A stretch of 64,000 nt of DNA from Patescibacteria group bacterium (GTDB taxonomy: Bacteria > Patescibacteriota > Dojkabacteria > GCA-002793355), in contig BOKM01000001.1 in NCBI GenBank assembly GCA_016860985.1, forward strand, positions 156,185 to 220,184. The letters are read 5' to 3'. Every line of letters starts with the position of its first letter. Position 1 is the first letter of the stretch. Below the pieces are notes generated by a model, which saw only the letters and a program-made list of their open reading frames with translations, was not told the DNA's origin and made no database searches. Shown piece by piece: positions 40,770 through 50,449 of the stretch. The position numbers and the translations under genes are program-made.

Positions 40770-43105
40770 ATTCTGACAAAACGTAATCTTAATGAGTTAG
40801 CAACAACTGAGATACTGCTCATCGCCATTGCAAGGCCTGCAAATGCGGGGTTAAGAAGGATTCCCCAAATTGGGTAAAAGAGCCCAGCTGCTAAAGGAAT
40901 ACCTACTATGTTATAGATGAATGCCCAGAAGAGATTTTGCTTGATAGTTGTCATTGTTTTCTTCGATAGAGCGATTGCGTGCGGAACTTTAGCAATATCC
41001 CCACCAAGAAGTGTAATATCTGCCGATTCAAGCGCGACATCTGTACCGGTTCCCATTGCTATACCAACATCTGACTGCGCTAATGCCGGGGCATCATTTA
41101 CCCCATCACCAGCCATCCCAACGATTAACCCCTGTTCCTGAAGTTCTTTCACTTTGTCGGCCTTCTGTTGCGGCAACACTTCAGCAAAGACCATGTCTAT
41201 GCCCACTTGATTTGCGATGTACTGAGCCGTGTGCTTGTTATCACCGGTCAACATTACTACTTTCACACCAAGTTTATGAAGTTGTTTTAAGGCACCAGCC
41301 GTTTCATCTTTGATTTTGTCTGATATTGCAATAACTGCGAGCAGTTGTTTTTCAGTTGCGAACAAAACGGGGGTCTTTCCCTGTTTCGTTAGTATTGAAA
41401 GCTGTTCTTCATCAAATTGCACCTCTAACTTGTTCATCAATGTCACATTACCGGCATAGTATTTCTTACCAGCAATCACGCCACTCAATCCCATACCTTC
41501 AATAGCTTCGAATTCCTCAACTTGGGCAAGCTGGAGTGAGCGTGCGGTTGCGGCTTCGACTATTGCTACTGAGAGCGGATGTTCCGAGCTTTTCTCAAGT
41601 GCTGCAAGTAGTGCCAACACCTCGTTTTCATCTTTGAGTTTACTCTTCTCTGCAACAACAAGGTCAGATACTTCAGGCTTTCCTTTAGTAATTGTTCCTG
41701 TCTTGTCGACTACAAGGGTGTTAATTTTATGAAGTTTTTCTAAGCTTTCGGCATTCTTGATAAGAATTCCATTCTGCGCACCTCTTCCGATACCTACAAT
41801 AATTGCTGTTGGAGTCGCGAGTCCTAAAGCACAAGGGCAAGCAATCACTAATATACCAACAAAGGCTAACAAACCAAATGTAATCGCCTCTTTCATGGGA
41901 ATAAATTGGCTGCCGATGAGAACCCAAGCAATAAACGTTACGACTGCTATTACCAGCACTGTCGGAACAAAAACACTGGAAATTGAATCAGCGACTCGTT
42001 GAATCGGTGCACGTGATCCCTGTGCCTGCTCTACCATCTTAATAATCGATGCTAGTAAAGTATCTGCCCCAATCTTCGTCGCCTTCACTTTCAACACTCC
42101 CTGTTTGTTAAGAGTTGCACCAACGACTTTATCGCCGGTAAACTTGTCAACAGGTATAGGTTCACCAGTGATCATTGATTCATCAACAGATGACTTTCCT
42201 TCAACAATAACACCGTCTACTGGGATCTTTCCTCCCGGTTTTACAAGTACAATATCATTTAATTCAACTTGCGATATTGGAATTTCAATTTCTTTGCCGT
42301 CACGTTCAACTATTGCTGTCTTTGCTTGAAGATCCATCAACTTCTCTATTGCTTCGCCGGTTTTTAGCTTTGAGCAGGCTTCAAGATATTTTCCATAGTA
42401 GACGAAACCAACTACAACAATCGCTACATCAAAATAAGTCGCCTCTGGGAGACCAAACTTTTCTATCAATTCAGGGAAAAGAACAAGAAGCGAGCTGTAC
42501 ACGTACGCAGTCAACGTTCCAATTCCTATCAATGTATCCATATTAGCGACGCGGTATTTTACAAACCGAGTAACTCCTTCAAGGAATGGTTTCCCAATCC
42601 AAAAAAGTGTTATTGTGGCGAATACGAGCAAGATCTTATTCATCACCATTTCTGGAATAGGCTGCATGGGTATCTGCTCAAAACTCTTTGCTAATATATC
42701 CCACATCATGAAAAAGAAGACTGCAAGTGATAAAGGCATCACAAAGTTCACTTTTTTCTTCTGTGCTGCAAGTTCTGCGAGTTTCTCCTCTTTACTCTGA
42801 TTTAAGCCAAGATGCTCACTGTGATCCATACCACCTTTCATGACGGTTCCATCTGGCATGACATGCGAACCACCGTGCATACTGTGATCTTCTGAATTAA
42901 GCTTTAACTCATACCCGAGTGGTTTGATTTTTTCACTTAACTGAGGGAGTGTCGTTTTCACCTTGTCGTACTTGATATTCGCTTTTTCTGTCGCAAAATT
43001 CACCTCACAAGCTTCAACGCCTTCAGCATTTCCGATGGCATCCTGAATGATGAACGCGCAACTCGCGCAGTGCATCCCTTTAATTGGAATTATTATTTGT
43101 TCCAT
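40766..43105 (-). CDS. copA: Copper-translocating P1B-type ATPase
   Basis: [46 protein letters not shown]. Confidence 0.95.
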   Translation of the reverse strand: MEQIIIPIKGMHCASCAFIIQDAIGNAEGVEACEVNFATEKANIKYDKVKTTLPQLSEKIKPLGYELKLNSEDHSMHGGSHVMPDGTVMKGGMDHSEHLGLNQSKEEKLAELAAQKKKVNFVMPLSLAVFFFMMWDILAKSFEQIPMQPIPEMVMNKILLVFATITLFWIGKPFLEGVTRFVKYRVANMDTLIGIGTLTAYVYSSLLVLFPELIEKFGLPEATYFDVAIVVVGFVYYGKYLEACSKLKTGEAIEKLMDLQAKTAIVERDGKEIEIPISQVELNDIVLVKPGGKIPVDGVIVEGKSSVDESMITGEPIPVDKFTGDKVVGATLNKQGVLKVKATKIGADTLLASIIKMVEQAQGSRAPIQRVADSISSVFVPTVLVIAVVTFIAWVLIGSQFIPMKEAITFGLLAFVGILVIACPCALGLATPTAIIVGIGRGAQNGILIKNAESLEKLHKINTLVVDKTGTITKGKPEVSDLVVAEKSKLKDENEVLALLAALEKSSEHPLSVAIVEAATARSLQLAQVEEFEAIEGMGLSGVIAGKKYYAGNVTLMNKLEVQFDEEQLSILTKQGKTPVLFATEKQLLAVIAISDKIKDETAGALKQLHKLGVKVVMLTGDNKHTAQYIANQVGIDMVFAEVLPQQKADKVKELQEQGLIVGMAGDGVNDAPALAQSDVGIAMGTGTDVALESADITLLGGDIAKVPHAIALSKKTMTTIKQNLFWAFIYNIVGIPLAAGLFYPIWGILLNPAFAGLAMAMSSISVVANSLRLRFVRI

Positions 43106-43114
43106 ATTGTTTGA

Positions 43115-43558
43115 TTAATTAAATGTTAATGTGACTGTATACATTCCCATGCTGCAGGTTCCAAAGACCTTACTGCCTTTTTCTGGAATTCCTAAGTCAA
43201 TATCAGTTTCGCCGGTTGCTGGTAGACTTTTTTGAATTCCCATTTTAGGTATTGCAAACGCGCGTTCACAACCGTATGAATTACTTGTTTTCATTCTCAA
43301 AATAGTTTGTACACCTGCTTTAGCTGAAACGGTACGAGGAGAATACGCACCACGCGCCTGAATAGTGATAATTTGTTTTCCGTTTTCCTCAGTAACAACA
43401 TTCTGAGCTTGCGATCCATTGTCAATACTCGGACTTGCTGACCGAAGCGAAATCACTTTATATAAAAGGAAGGAAACTGAAACAATCGCAAGGATAATAA
43501 CGACAAGCACCGGAGTAGCTATTACCACCGTAACTTCTGTTGGCTGTTGTTGTTCCAT
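43115..43558 (-). CDS. Membrane-anchored cupredoxin-like protein
   Basis: TM segment, YSPRTV, GCE, CSMGMY. Confidence 0.85.
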   Translation of the reverse strand: MEQQQPTEVTVVIATPVLVVIILAIVSVSFLLYKVISLRSASPSIDNGSQAQNVVTEENGKQIITIQARGAYSPRTVSAKAGVQTILRMKTSNSYGCERAFAIPKMGIQKSLPATGETDIDLGIPEKGSKVFGTCSMGMYTVTLTFN

Positions 43559-43601
43559 TACTTACTATCTATCACTTTAACTCATTTCCTCCCTAAGCCC
43601 A

Positions 43602-43653
43602 ACCCCCACCTAGGGTGATGGTATATACTATTCTGTGCAATTAAAATTGTCAA
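43602..43653 (-). promoter_or_regulatory. cop operon promoter and putative CsoR operator
   Basis: TTGACA-17-TAGTAT followed by TACCATCACCCTAGGTGGGGGT. Confidence 0.65.
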
Positions 43654-43680
43654 GATTTTAATATCGGACTATAATTTCGG

Positions 43681-44202
43681 ATGACTGAACCAGAAAAAGC
43701 CGCACGAATACTAAGAGAAACACGGTATTTATCACTTGCGACCGTGAATCCAGACGGAACCCCCTGGATTTCAACGATATTCACTTGTTATGACAAAAAT
43801 CTTCGATTCATATGGCAATCCAAAAAAGATGCTCGCCATACTCAGAACTTACTTGCCAATCCGCATGTCGCGATCAATCTATATTGGGTAGGTCCTGGAG
43901 AAGATAACGTTGATGGGCTATATATTGAAGCACGAGCTAAGGAGATTAAGGGCATTAAGTCAGTCTTGGCTTCACTAAAAGTGTTTGCAACTACGCTACT
44001 CCGAAGCAAGTTTTTATCCAAAAAAGGCTTTAAATTGTTTTTGGCACATCCCGAGGATTTCTTGCTTGACGCTCCATTCCGATTGTATGAAGCCGTACCA
44101 ACCAAAATTCACAAATTCGTTCCGCTTGAAAACTGGAAAGATAAGTATGTGGATGGACGAATTGTACTGAATACTAAGGAAATAACTCCGTTTCTCAAGT
44201 AA
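43681..44202 (+). CDS. Pyridoxamine 5'-phosphate oxidase-like (FMN split barrel) protein
   Basis: LSLATVNPDGTPW, RHTQNLLANPHVA. Confidence 0.85.
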   Translation: MTEPEKAARILRETRYLSLATVNPDGTPWISTIFTCYDKNLRFIWQSKKDARHTQNLLANPHVAINLYWVGPGEDNVDGLYIEARAKEIKGIKSVLASLKVFATTLLRSKFLSKKGFKLFLAHPEDFLLDAPFRLYEAVPTKIHKFVPLENWKDKYVDGRIVLNTKEITPFLK

Positions 44203-44248
44203 TTAGAGTTGCAAAAAATTATTGCTGCGATATAATTACGTACGCTGT

Positions 44249-44320
44249 TCCTCGATAGCTCAGCGGTAGAGCAAGCGCCTGTTAAGCGCTGGGTCCAAGG
44301 TTCGAATCCTTGTCGAGGAG
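44249..44320 (+). tRNA. tRNA-Asn(GTT)
   Basis: TCCTCGA/TCGAGGA acceptor, AGCGC-CT GTT AA-GCGCT, CAAGG-TTCGAAT-CCTTG; G73; no CCA. Confidence 0.95.
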
Positions 44321-44416
44321 AATGCGCATAAAATCCAATACGAAGTCAGCATCATAATAACTGTCTCAGCTAAATTCTAATTTTCATACTGGCTTAGTCC
44401 TCTTATACCAAATATA

Positions 44417-45337
44417 CTAACGGTCATTTTCACAGATTCGTAAAATGGCTCTTTTAATTTTTTCTGGAATTGGTAACGAGTTATTGTTTCTCCAAAACAG
44501 TTTATCAATAACAACTTTAGTAGCTTCAATTTCAACTAACTGCATGTACATCGGATGCAATTTCATGACTTGCTGATATCCAGCGAGAATGTTCGAGAAC
44601 ATATTGAAATTCATGCAATAAATGTATCCTAAGTCACCGTACTTTGTGCTTCCCCGGTTGTTTCCAAAATCAATAAGCCCAGAATATTTTTGCTCAAAAG
44701 CATAAATATGAGCTTCAGACATATCACCATGAATTAATACTGGTTTTTCCTGGTCAATTAACGACAAATCGATGCTATCAATATGTTTTTTTAATTTCAC
44801 TAATAAATCACCAAGCTCGGGATTAGGGCGCAATGCAACAGGTACTTTCTCTGTAATAACTGCGTTAAAATATTTTGAATAACGAGTCAAATCGGAAGAA
44901 AGCATTTCTCCATTTTTCGTCAGGAAACCAAAACCTCCAACTTCAATACTATTCAACTTGGCTAGGTCTTTGCCAGCACTTTTCAGCACTTCGTCATGAA
45001 TTTCTTTATCTTTTATACTCTCAACAGGCACTCCTTTAATTTCACTAGTGATAATACAGGAAAGGCCTTCAAAGTTAAGACAATTCAGTTCAGAATATAT
45101 CACTTCAGGAGCAAGTATTTGATTATGTTTCAGCAATTCATAAACAAATATTTCAGAAGACACTGTATCAACTCCCCATGGGGATATTCGTAAATATAGT
45201 GTTGGTTTACTTGCTTCAAAAAGCCTAAACACATCTGTTGCGACACCCGTTTCTACCTTTTCAACAGAATAATCCCTAAATTGTGGTTTTGTGGCTAACC
45301 AATCCCTTGCTGTATCTGTTTGAATGTTTTTCTTCAC
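44417..45337 (-). CDS. Aminoglycoside/choline phosphotransferase (APH-like) family kinase
   Basis: LIHGDMSEAHI, LIDFG; GTG 45337 lies 5 nt after TGTTACAAT. Confidence 0.85.
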   Translation of the reverse strand: MKKNIQTDTARDWLATKPQFRDYSVEKVETGVATDVFRLFEASKPTLYLRISPWGVDTVSSEIFVYELLKHNQILAPEVIYSELNCLNFEGLSCIITSEIKGVPVESIKDKEIHDEVLKSAGKDLAKLNSIEVGGFGFLTKNGEMLSSDLTRYSKYFNAVITEKVPVALRPNPELGDLLVKLKKHIDSIDLSLIDQEKPVLIHGDMSEAHIYAFEQKYSGLIDFGNNRGSTKYGDLGYIYCMNFNMFSNILAGYQQVMKLHPMYMQLVEIEATKVVIDKLFWRNNNSLPIPEKIKRAILRICENDR

Positions 45338-45407
45338 ACAGTATTGTAACAAACATCACGAACATTGAGTAGAAACTCCCTCACCCATTCCCTCGTTCGA
45401 ATAGCGA

Positions 45408-45422
45408 CCTTGTCGAGGAGAA
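45408..45422 (+). repeat. Direct copy of the tRNA-Asn 3' end
   Basis: CCTTGTCGAGGAGAA identical to 44308-44322; preceded by GTTCGAAT plus a 5-nt insert. Confidence 0.85.
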
Positions 45423-45449
45423 GTATTCATTCCACCGGCACAATCTACG

Positions 45450-46184
45450 TCAAGCGTTTGTTTGAATATACACTCTTTTATCAATGAGAATTTCACCAGT
45501 TTTGGTCTTGTCATTTACTAGAGACAGAATCAAATCTGCAACTTCTTCTGGTGTTCCAAGCTTACCTGCTTTTCTAACTTCAGCTTGTTCTGACTCGTTG
45601 AATGCATTCTTGAAACGGTCCGTGTCAGTTACAGTTGGAATTACAGCGTTTACTCTCACCGCCGTAGCTTTAAGTTCTTTTGCGAGAGCAACAGTAAAGT
45701 TATTTGTTCCTGCATTTGAAACGCAATAACTTACAAACTCTGAAAATACAAATTCATTAAGTCCTCCACGTGAAGACAGATTAACAATTACACCGTCTTC
45801 AGATTTCTTTAGGTACGGCAACGCATATTTCGAAAGTAAATACTTTGCAGTCAGATTTACAGCGATGACTTTATTCCAATCTTCGGTTTTAGATTCTTCC
45901 ACTGTACTACAAATAGCGATACCTGCATTGTTGACGACAATATCAATTCGACCGTGTTTTTCAATAACAGTATTCACGAGGTCTTTAATTTCTGATTCCT
46001 TAGATACATCAACTTTTACCATTGATATTGAATCAGGGAACTGCTTTTCAAGTTCATTCGCTTTATCTTCCCTCTTTTCGTACACACCAACCACAAAATC
46101 TCCTTGTTTAACAAATTTGATTGCGGTTGCCCGACCTATTCCTCGCGAAGCTCCAGTTATGATTACAATTCTTTTCATATGCAT
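45450..46184 (-). CDS. Short-chain dehydrogenase/reductase (YxxxN variant)
   Basis: TGASRGIG, NNAG, SYCVSN; start 46184 or 46178. Confidence 0.88.
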   Translation of the reverse strand: MHMKRIVIITGASRGIGRATAIKFVKQGDFVVGVYEKREDKANELEKQFPDSISMVKVDVSKESEIKDLVNTVIEKHGRIDIVVNNAGIAICSTVEESKTEDWNKVIAVNLTAKYLLSKYALPYLKKSEDGVIVNLSSRGGLNEFVFSEFVSYCVSNAGTNNFTVALAKELKATAVRVNAVIPTVTDTDRFKNAFNESEQAEVRKAGKLGTPEEVADLILSLVNDKTKTGEILIDKRVYIQTNA

Positions 46185-46244
46185 TTTGTATTACAGCTTA
46201 TTCATAGATTGTACTATGGATTCCATTTTCTGTTAAAATCTACG

Positions 46245-46658
46245 ATGGTAATTAATTCAAAGTGTAAGGTCAAAGAAGCACTTGATACAGAGTGGCAGAA
46301 TTTTACACACGAACACTATGGAACCACAGCTGTTTGGGAGGAAAACACTTTCCGCTTTAAAGCCACTGAAAATGGCAAGATAATAGGAACAATAGATGGC
46401 AAACTCGAACCAGGGATTCTATACATTGCAGCCTTAATGGTAACTAAGGACGCACGTGGGAAAGGAATTGGTAAATTGTTAATTGAAAAAGCTGAAGAAT
46501 TTGGGAAGAGACACGGTGCACATCGAACTTGGCTTAGCACCGGTAAGGATTGGAGCAGCAGAGCATTCTACGAAAAGACTGGATTCAAGAAGATTGCAGA
46601 CTTAAATGATTTTTACTTTCATAAGGATTTTGTAGTTTATTCAAGATTGATATCGTAG
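46245..46658 (+). CDS. GNAT acetyltransferase
   Basis: RGKGIGKLL, AFYEKTGF; ATG 46245 lies 5 nt after TGTTAAAAT. Confidence 0.88.
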   Translation: MVINSKCKVKEALDTEWQNFTHEHYGTTAVWEENTFRFKATENGKIIGTIDGKLEPGILYIAALMVTKDARGKGIGKLLIEKAEEFGKRHGAHRTWLSTGKDWSSRAFYEKTGFKKIADLNDFYFHKDFVVYSRLIS

Positions 46659-46728
46659 ATTGGTTGCTTATATAGGTCGATTATCCTTCTTATTACCTCA
46701 ATAGTAATATCTTCAAGTTTTATCAATC

Positions 46729-47834
46729 GGTTCCTAAACGTGTCAACGAGGGGGAGAAGTATTATTTAGGAATTTCCCGTAACTTTTGGACAAAATACTT
46801 TGTAAGTTGCTTCCGTGTCTGTTCTTCTTCTGCTTCTTCTAATAAATATTCCCTAAGAACAGGCGTAATATCTCTTACTACAGTCCATAGAGCAACCATC
46901 TCCGGTCTCCTATTTTCATTAAAAAATTGAATTTTATCTGTTGGCGTTTTTTTGTTATACCTTACAATGTCACAAATTGCATATACAATAGCCTCTTCAA
47001 TAAGACTTGTATACAAATCAGGATACCCAAAGTTATCAGCTCGAGCATCTCTTCTCTGTGAGATTTCTTTATTGTTGGTTTCGTAATAACTGTGAGGTGA
47101 AACTCTCTTATGAAGGAACTCGTGGAGTATGACATCATCTAGGATTCGACCATCTTTAATCTCGCTATCCTTTAACTCAATGCAAATCCCCTCACCATTT
47201 GCACCACCCATTGTCCACTTTTCATCAGGAGAATAGGTCAAATAACACGGTAAAGGCTTTTCGTATACTTTCGATGCAAAGAGTTTTGTAAGGCGATGAA
47301 TATATGTTTCGTACTTTTCAGCGAATGCAGTCGAGACACTCTCATAGCCGTTAGCTTTGATTAATTGGGTTTTACTCTCAAGATAGCTACTTATGGTCAT
47401 CTGAGCTAAACTTTTCTTGTTTTCAAAGTGTTTAATTATCGGCAATAGCTCATTAAATTTCGCATTGTCAGGATAACCTTTATGAGCCCAATCAAAGAGT
47501 TCTGTTTCATTTTTCCACCCCAGGGGTTTTCTTATTTCAACAAAGGCTTTGAGCAATTGTTCATCTTTGCCTGTAATTCCGTATTCTCTCTCAACATACT
47601 CACGAACATGTTTTTCGACGTGATAATCCCAACAACTCAAAGTATCAACAAAATGAGTTAAGATTACATTGTAGTCAACAATGACTTCTAGTTCTAACAT
47701 TATCGTATTTTACTGGATTATCCTTGTAATGAAAATGTTCCAACAGTTTTCAGTTGCCTGGCATAGTGTAGGATTGCATCAAAAACACCAGTCAAGTCTA
47801 TCCTTTGGTTCCGAAACGTGTCAACGAGGGGGAG
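46729..47834 (+). repeat. 28-bp direct repeats flanking a single gene
   Basis: GGTTCC(T/G)AAACGTGTCAACGAGGGGGAG at 46729-46756 and 47807-47834, 27/28 identical. Confidence 0.95.
46762..47700 (-). CDS. Hypothetical protein, HExxH (gluzincin-like)
   Basis: GGANG...ILHEFLH...IEEAIV. Confidence 0.75.
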   Translation of the reverse strand: MLELEVIVDYNVILTHFVDTLSCWDYHVEKHVREYVEREYGITGKDEQLLKAFVEIRKPLGWKNETELFDWAHKGYPDNAKFNELLPIIKHFENKKSLAQMTISSYLESKTQLIKANGYESVSTAFAEKYETYIHRLTKLFASKVYEKPLPCYLTYSPDEKWTMGGANGEGICIELKDSEIKDGRILDDVILHEFLHKRVSPHSYYETNNKEISQRRDARADNFGYPDLYTSLIEEAIVYAICDIVRYNKKTPTDKIQFFNENRRPEMVALWTVVRDITPVLREYLLEEAEEEQTRKQLTKYFVQKLREIPK

Positions 47835-47892
47835 CCATATACATTTTCCACCAAAGACACTCATTTACCACCTATTCGTAATTTGGTATTAC

Positions 47893-48525
47893 CTAATGTT
47901 GCAATTCGTCAACCATTGTCTGAAATGTTGCGACATGTTCATTAATTTTTTTTACTTGATTTGCAGTAAGATAACCATTTTCCATTGCATAGTTGATAAT
48001 TTCTTCTATAGTTACGAGACTTCGGATTTCGCATTGTGCTATTTCTTCAATTTGAGTACGGTACCCATAATCGAGAACATAGACCGCCGAAACTCTTTTA
48101 GGATCACTACTTCTCATACATCCTAACGCATGAACTAACGATTTGCCTGTAGCAAGAACGTCATCTACAAAAACTGCATGCCGACATTCACTCTCAATAA
48201 ATCCAACTATCTCTTTATCTTTACCATATTCTTTCGGTGTTCGCCTGACATAGGCGAGTTGCAAATCAAGAAGGTCTGCAACTGCTGCAGCAATATAATT
48301 TGCTCCACTCTCTTGTCCAACTATGAGGCTGGGTTTTTGCCCTTCCCCTATAATCATTTTTGATACCTCTTGCGCAACTATTCGTCTCTCTTTAGGATAT
48401 TTCAGTAAAATCTTCATATTTATGTATATCGGTGAGTAATACTCTCTCTGAGTCTCGATGTCAGACTTTTCGCTAAAAGTAAGCAAGCCGGGAATTGAAA
48501 ATAAGGTTTTTACCACGTTTAACAT
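47893..48525 (-). CDS. Type I phosphoribosyltransferase, orotate PRTase-like
   Basis: SPIYIN, YVRRTPKEYG, VFVDDVLATGKS PRPP motif; ATG 48525. Confidence 0.82.
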   Translation of the reverse strand: MLNVVKTLFSIPGLLTFSEKSDIETQREYYSPIYINMKILLKYPKERRIVAQEVSKMIIGEGQKPSLIVGQESGANYIAAAVADLLDLQLAYVRRTPKEYGKDKEIVGFIESECRHAVFVDDVLATGKSLVHALGCMRSSDPKRVSAVYVLDYGYRTQIEEIAQCEIRSLVTIEEIINYAMENGYLTANQVKKINEHVATFQTMVDELQH

Positions 48526-48581
48526 GAGCAATTATAATATACATCGTCATTATTGGTGAGTCCTCTATGCTAGAATTATCA

Positions 48582-49085
48582 ATGAGTAGACTTATTACCT
48601 GTATCTGGTTTGCCAACAATAATGGTGCTGAAGCAACTAAGTATTATGTAGAGACATTTAATGCTGCCCCCGGACAGCACGAGGCTAAGTTCGGAGACGT
48701 GACAAAATCACCAAAAGCATCTGAAGAAGTTTCTGGAATTCCAGCTGGTTCAGATATGACCAATGAATGCGAAATTGATGGTACAAGCTTTATGTTCCTT
48801 AACGGCGGACCGATGGAACAGTTCAAGCTAAACGGTGGAACCTCTTTTATAGTTGAATGTGAGACTCAGGAAGAAATTGATTACTTTTGGGAAAAACTTT
48901 CAGCAGTTCCTGAAGCTGAACAATGCGGCTGGTGCACAGACAAGTTTGGAATCACCTGGCAAATAGTCCCCAGAATTCTCGACGAAATGATGCGGGACCC
49001 GAAAAAAGCAGAAGCGGTTACTGCAGCTTTTATGCCTATGAAAAAGTTGGATCTCGAAGCTATAAGAAAGGCGGGAGAGAATTAA
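48582..49085 (+). CDS. VOC/PhnB-like (3-demethylubiquinone-methyltransferase-like) protein
   Basis: ITCIWF, FMFLNGG, QEEIDYFWEKL, CGWCTDKFGITWQIVP, MKKLD. Confidence 0.9.
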   Translation: MSRLITCIWFANNNGAEATKYYVETFNAAPGQHEAKFGDVTKSPKASEEVSGIPAGSDMTNECEIDGTSFMFLNGGPMEQFKLNGGTSFIVECETQEEIDYFWEKLSAVPEAEQCGWCTDKFGITWQIVPRILDEMMRDPKKAEAVTAAFMPMKKLDLEAIRKAGEN

Positions 49086-49157
49086 TACTTCACCTTTATA
49101 GATAAAGAGCACTGTACTCTGTGTTGAAAACCGACCAATTTTGCGTTACAATCCGCG

Positions 49158-49601
49158 ATGGATTTTAACGAGAACTACGTATTTGAGCACAAAGAAACAC
49201 ACATCAACGAAATCATTCAGGATATTCATCGTGAACGCTCACCTTTTAAGAATCTGTACCGCGAGGCCATCGCGATTGCACAAAGGAACCGTGGCAAAAA
49301 GCTCTTTGGAGATGCGCAAATATACTTTGATGCCATTACTTATATGGCAATGACTGCAGCATCTTTCAATGGTTACGTAGAACGCGACACAGCCCGTGCA
49401 GCACAAATACTAAGAAATATGTTTACAATGCAAACAACTGTGGAAGGACTTTCAGAGAACTTTTTGTACCCTAATAGAATTGAAGATGTTGGATTGAGAG
49501 CAGACACAAATCTTTCACCTAAAGAAGTTGTAGAAACTATCTATCCCGTACTCAAAACAATGAAAAGACTCGATGACGAGCTCATTTCTCGGTCGAACTA
49601 G
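49158..49601 (+). CDS. Hypothetical protein
   Basis: 147 aa with TTGAAA-17-TACAAT-5nt-ATG promoter. Confidence 0.7.
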   Translation: MDFNENYVFEHKETHINEIIQDIHRERSPFKNLYREAIAIAQRNRGKKLFGDAQIYFDAITYMAMTAASFNGYVERDTARAAQILRNMFTMQTTVEGLSENFLYPNRIEDVGLRADTNLSPKEVVETIYPVLKTMKRLDDELISRSN

Positions 49602-50121
49602 CAACTCTGTTTTGATAGAGAGTTTTTAGCACTCCGATTTCTGCAATATTTTTCATAAGCTCGCTATTCACCCACGCAGCATGTTCAGCAACTGTTTTTA
49701 AACGCCCCCCTAAGAATACCACTTCTCTCTCAGATTCCTCCAAAGTCATAGAATTAAGGCGCGCCTTCCAAGATTCAGCAAAGCGCCTAAGCAACACGAC
49801 TGAATCCGCAAGTGAGCCACTCCACTGATACTCAGTAAGTGACATATTTTCTTTTTGGTCTAGTGTGGCATTAATAGATCCCCACCACCATTCGATATGC
49901 CATAAAAGCCAAGATATTGTTACGTTTGGCAATGGAGTCGGTTCGGGAATGGTTACTTCGCCTCTCCATTTTCCGGTTTTATCTTGCTTAACACTCCAAA
50001 TATTATTAGTTGGAGTCCAAAAAACTTGCTCAACGGTTAAATCAGATAGGATAATCTCGGCAAGTGACCAGGTGAGGTTGAATTGCGATATGAGTAGTTT
50101 GCTTGTTCGACTTGTCATCAT
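49582..50121 (-). CDS. DinB-family protein
   Basis: TISWLLWHI...WVNSELMKNIAEIG. Confidence 0.8.
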   Translation of the reverse strand: MMTSRTSKLLISQFNLTWSLAEIILSDLTVEQVFWTPTNNIWSVKQDKTGKWRGEVTIPEPTPLPNVTISWLLWHIEWWWGSINATLDQKENMSLTEYQWSGSLADSVVLLRRFAESWKARLNSMTLEESEREVVFLGGRLKTVAEHAAWVNSELMKNIAEIGVLKTLYQNRVASSTEK

Positions 50122-50293
50122 TTCTTATTGTGCCATATGAAGAACTATGAGTATACCTAATCGTTAAATAGAACTCCGTTTGTCATACCATAGCAAGACA
50201 AGGTATTAGAAGAGCCCGATTTAAGGGCTTTATTATATTACAAATATCGAAGATTTCTGCTATAATACGCAACTATAAGTTAGATAAGTCAAT

Positions 50294-50449
50294 GTGCCGA
50301 TAGTGTTCTTCCCAAATATTTCAATCGAGTTGTCGCCGACCTATTCGTTTCTTGTGTTACTCTACTTTTATTTGTTTGTTGGTGTAGTTGCAGTCAATAT
50401 CATAACAAGCGTTCTTACTTTTATCGTTAATCGATGGAAAAAGAGGTAG
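50294..50449 (+). CDS. Small membrane peptide (51 aa), absent from the ORF track
   Basis: GTG start: PIVFFPNISIELSPTYSFLVLLYFYLFVGVVAVNIITSVLTFIVNRWKKR*; follows TGCTATAAT and overlaps the next ATG. Confidence 0.5.
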   Translation: MPIVFFPNISIELSPTYSFLVLLYFYLFVGVVAVNIITSVLTFIVNRWKKR

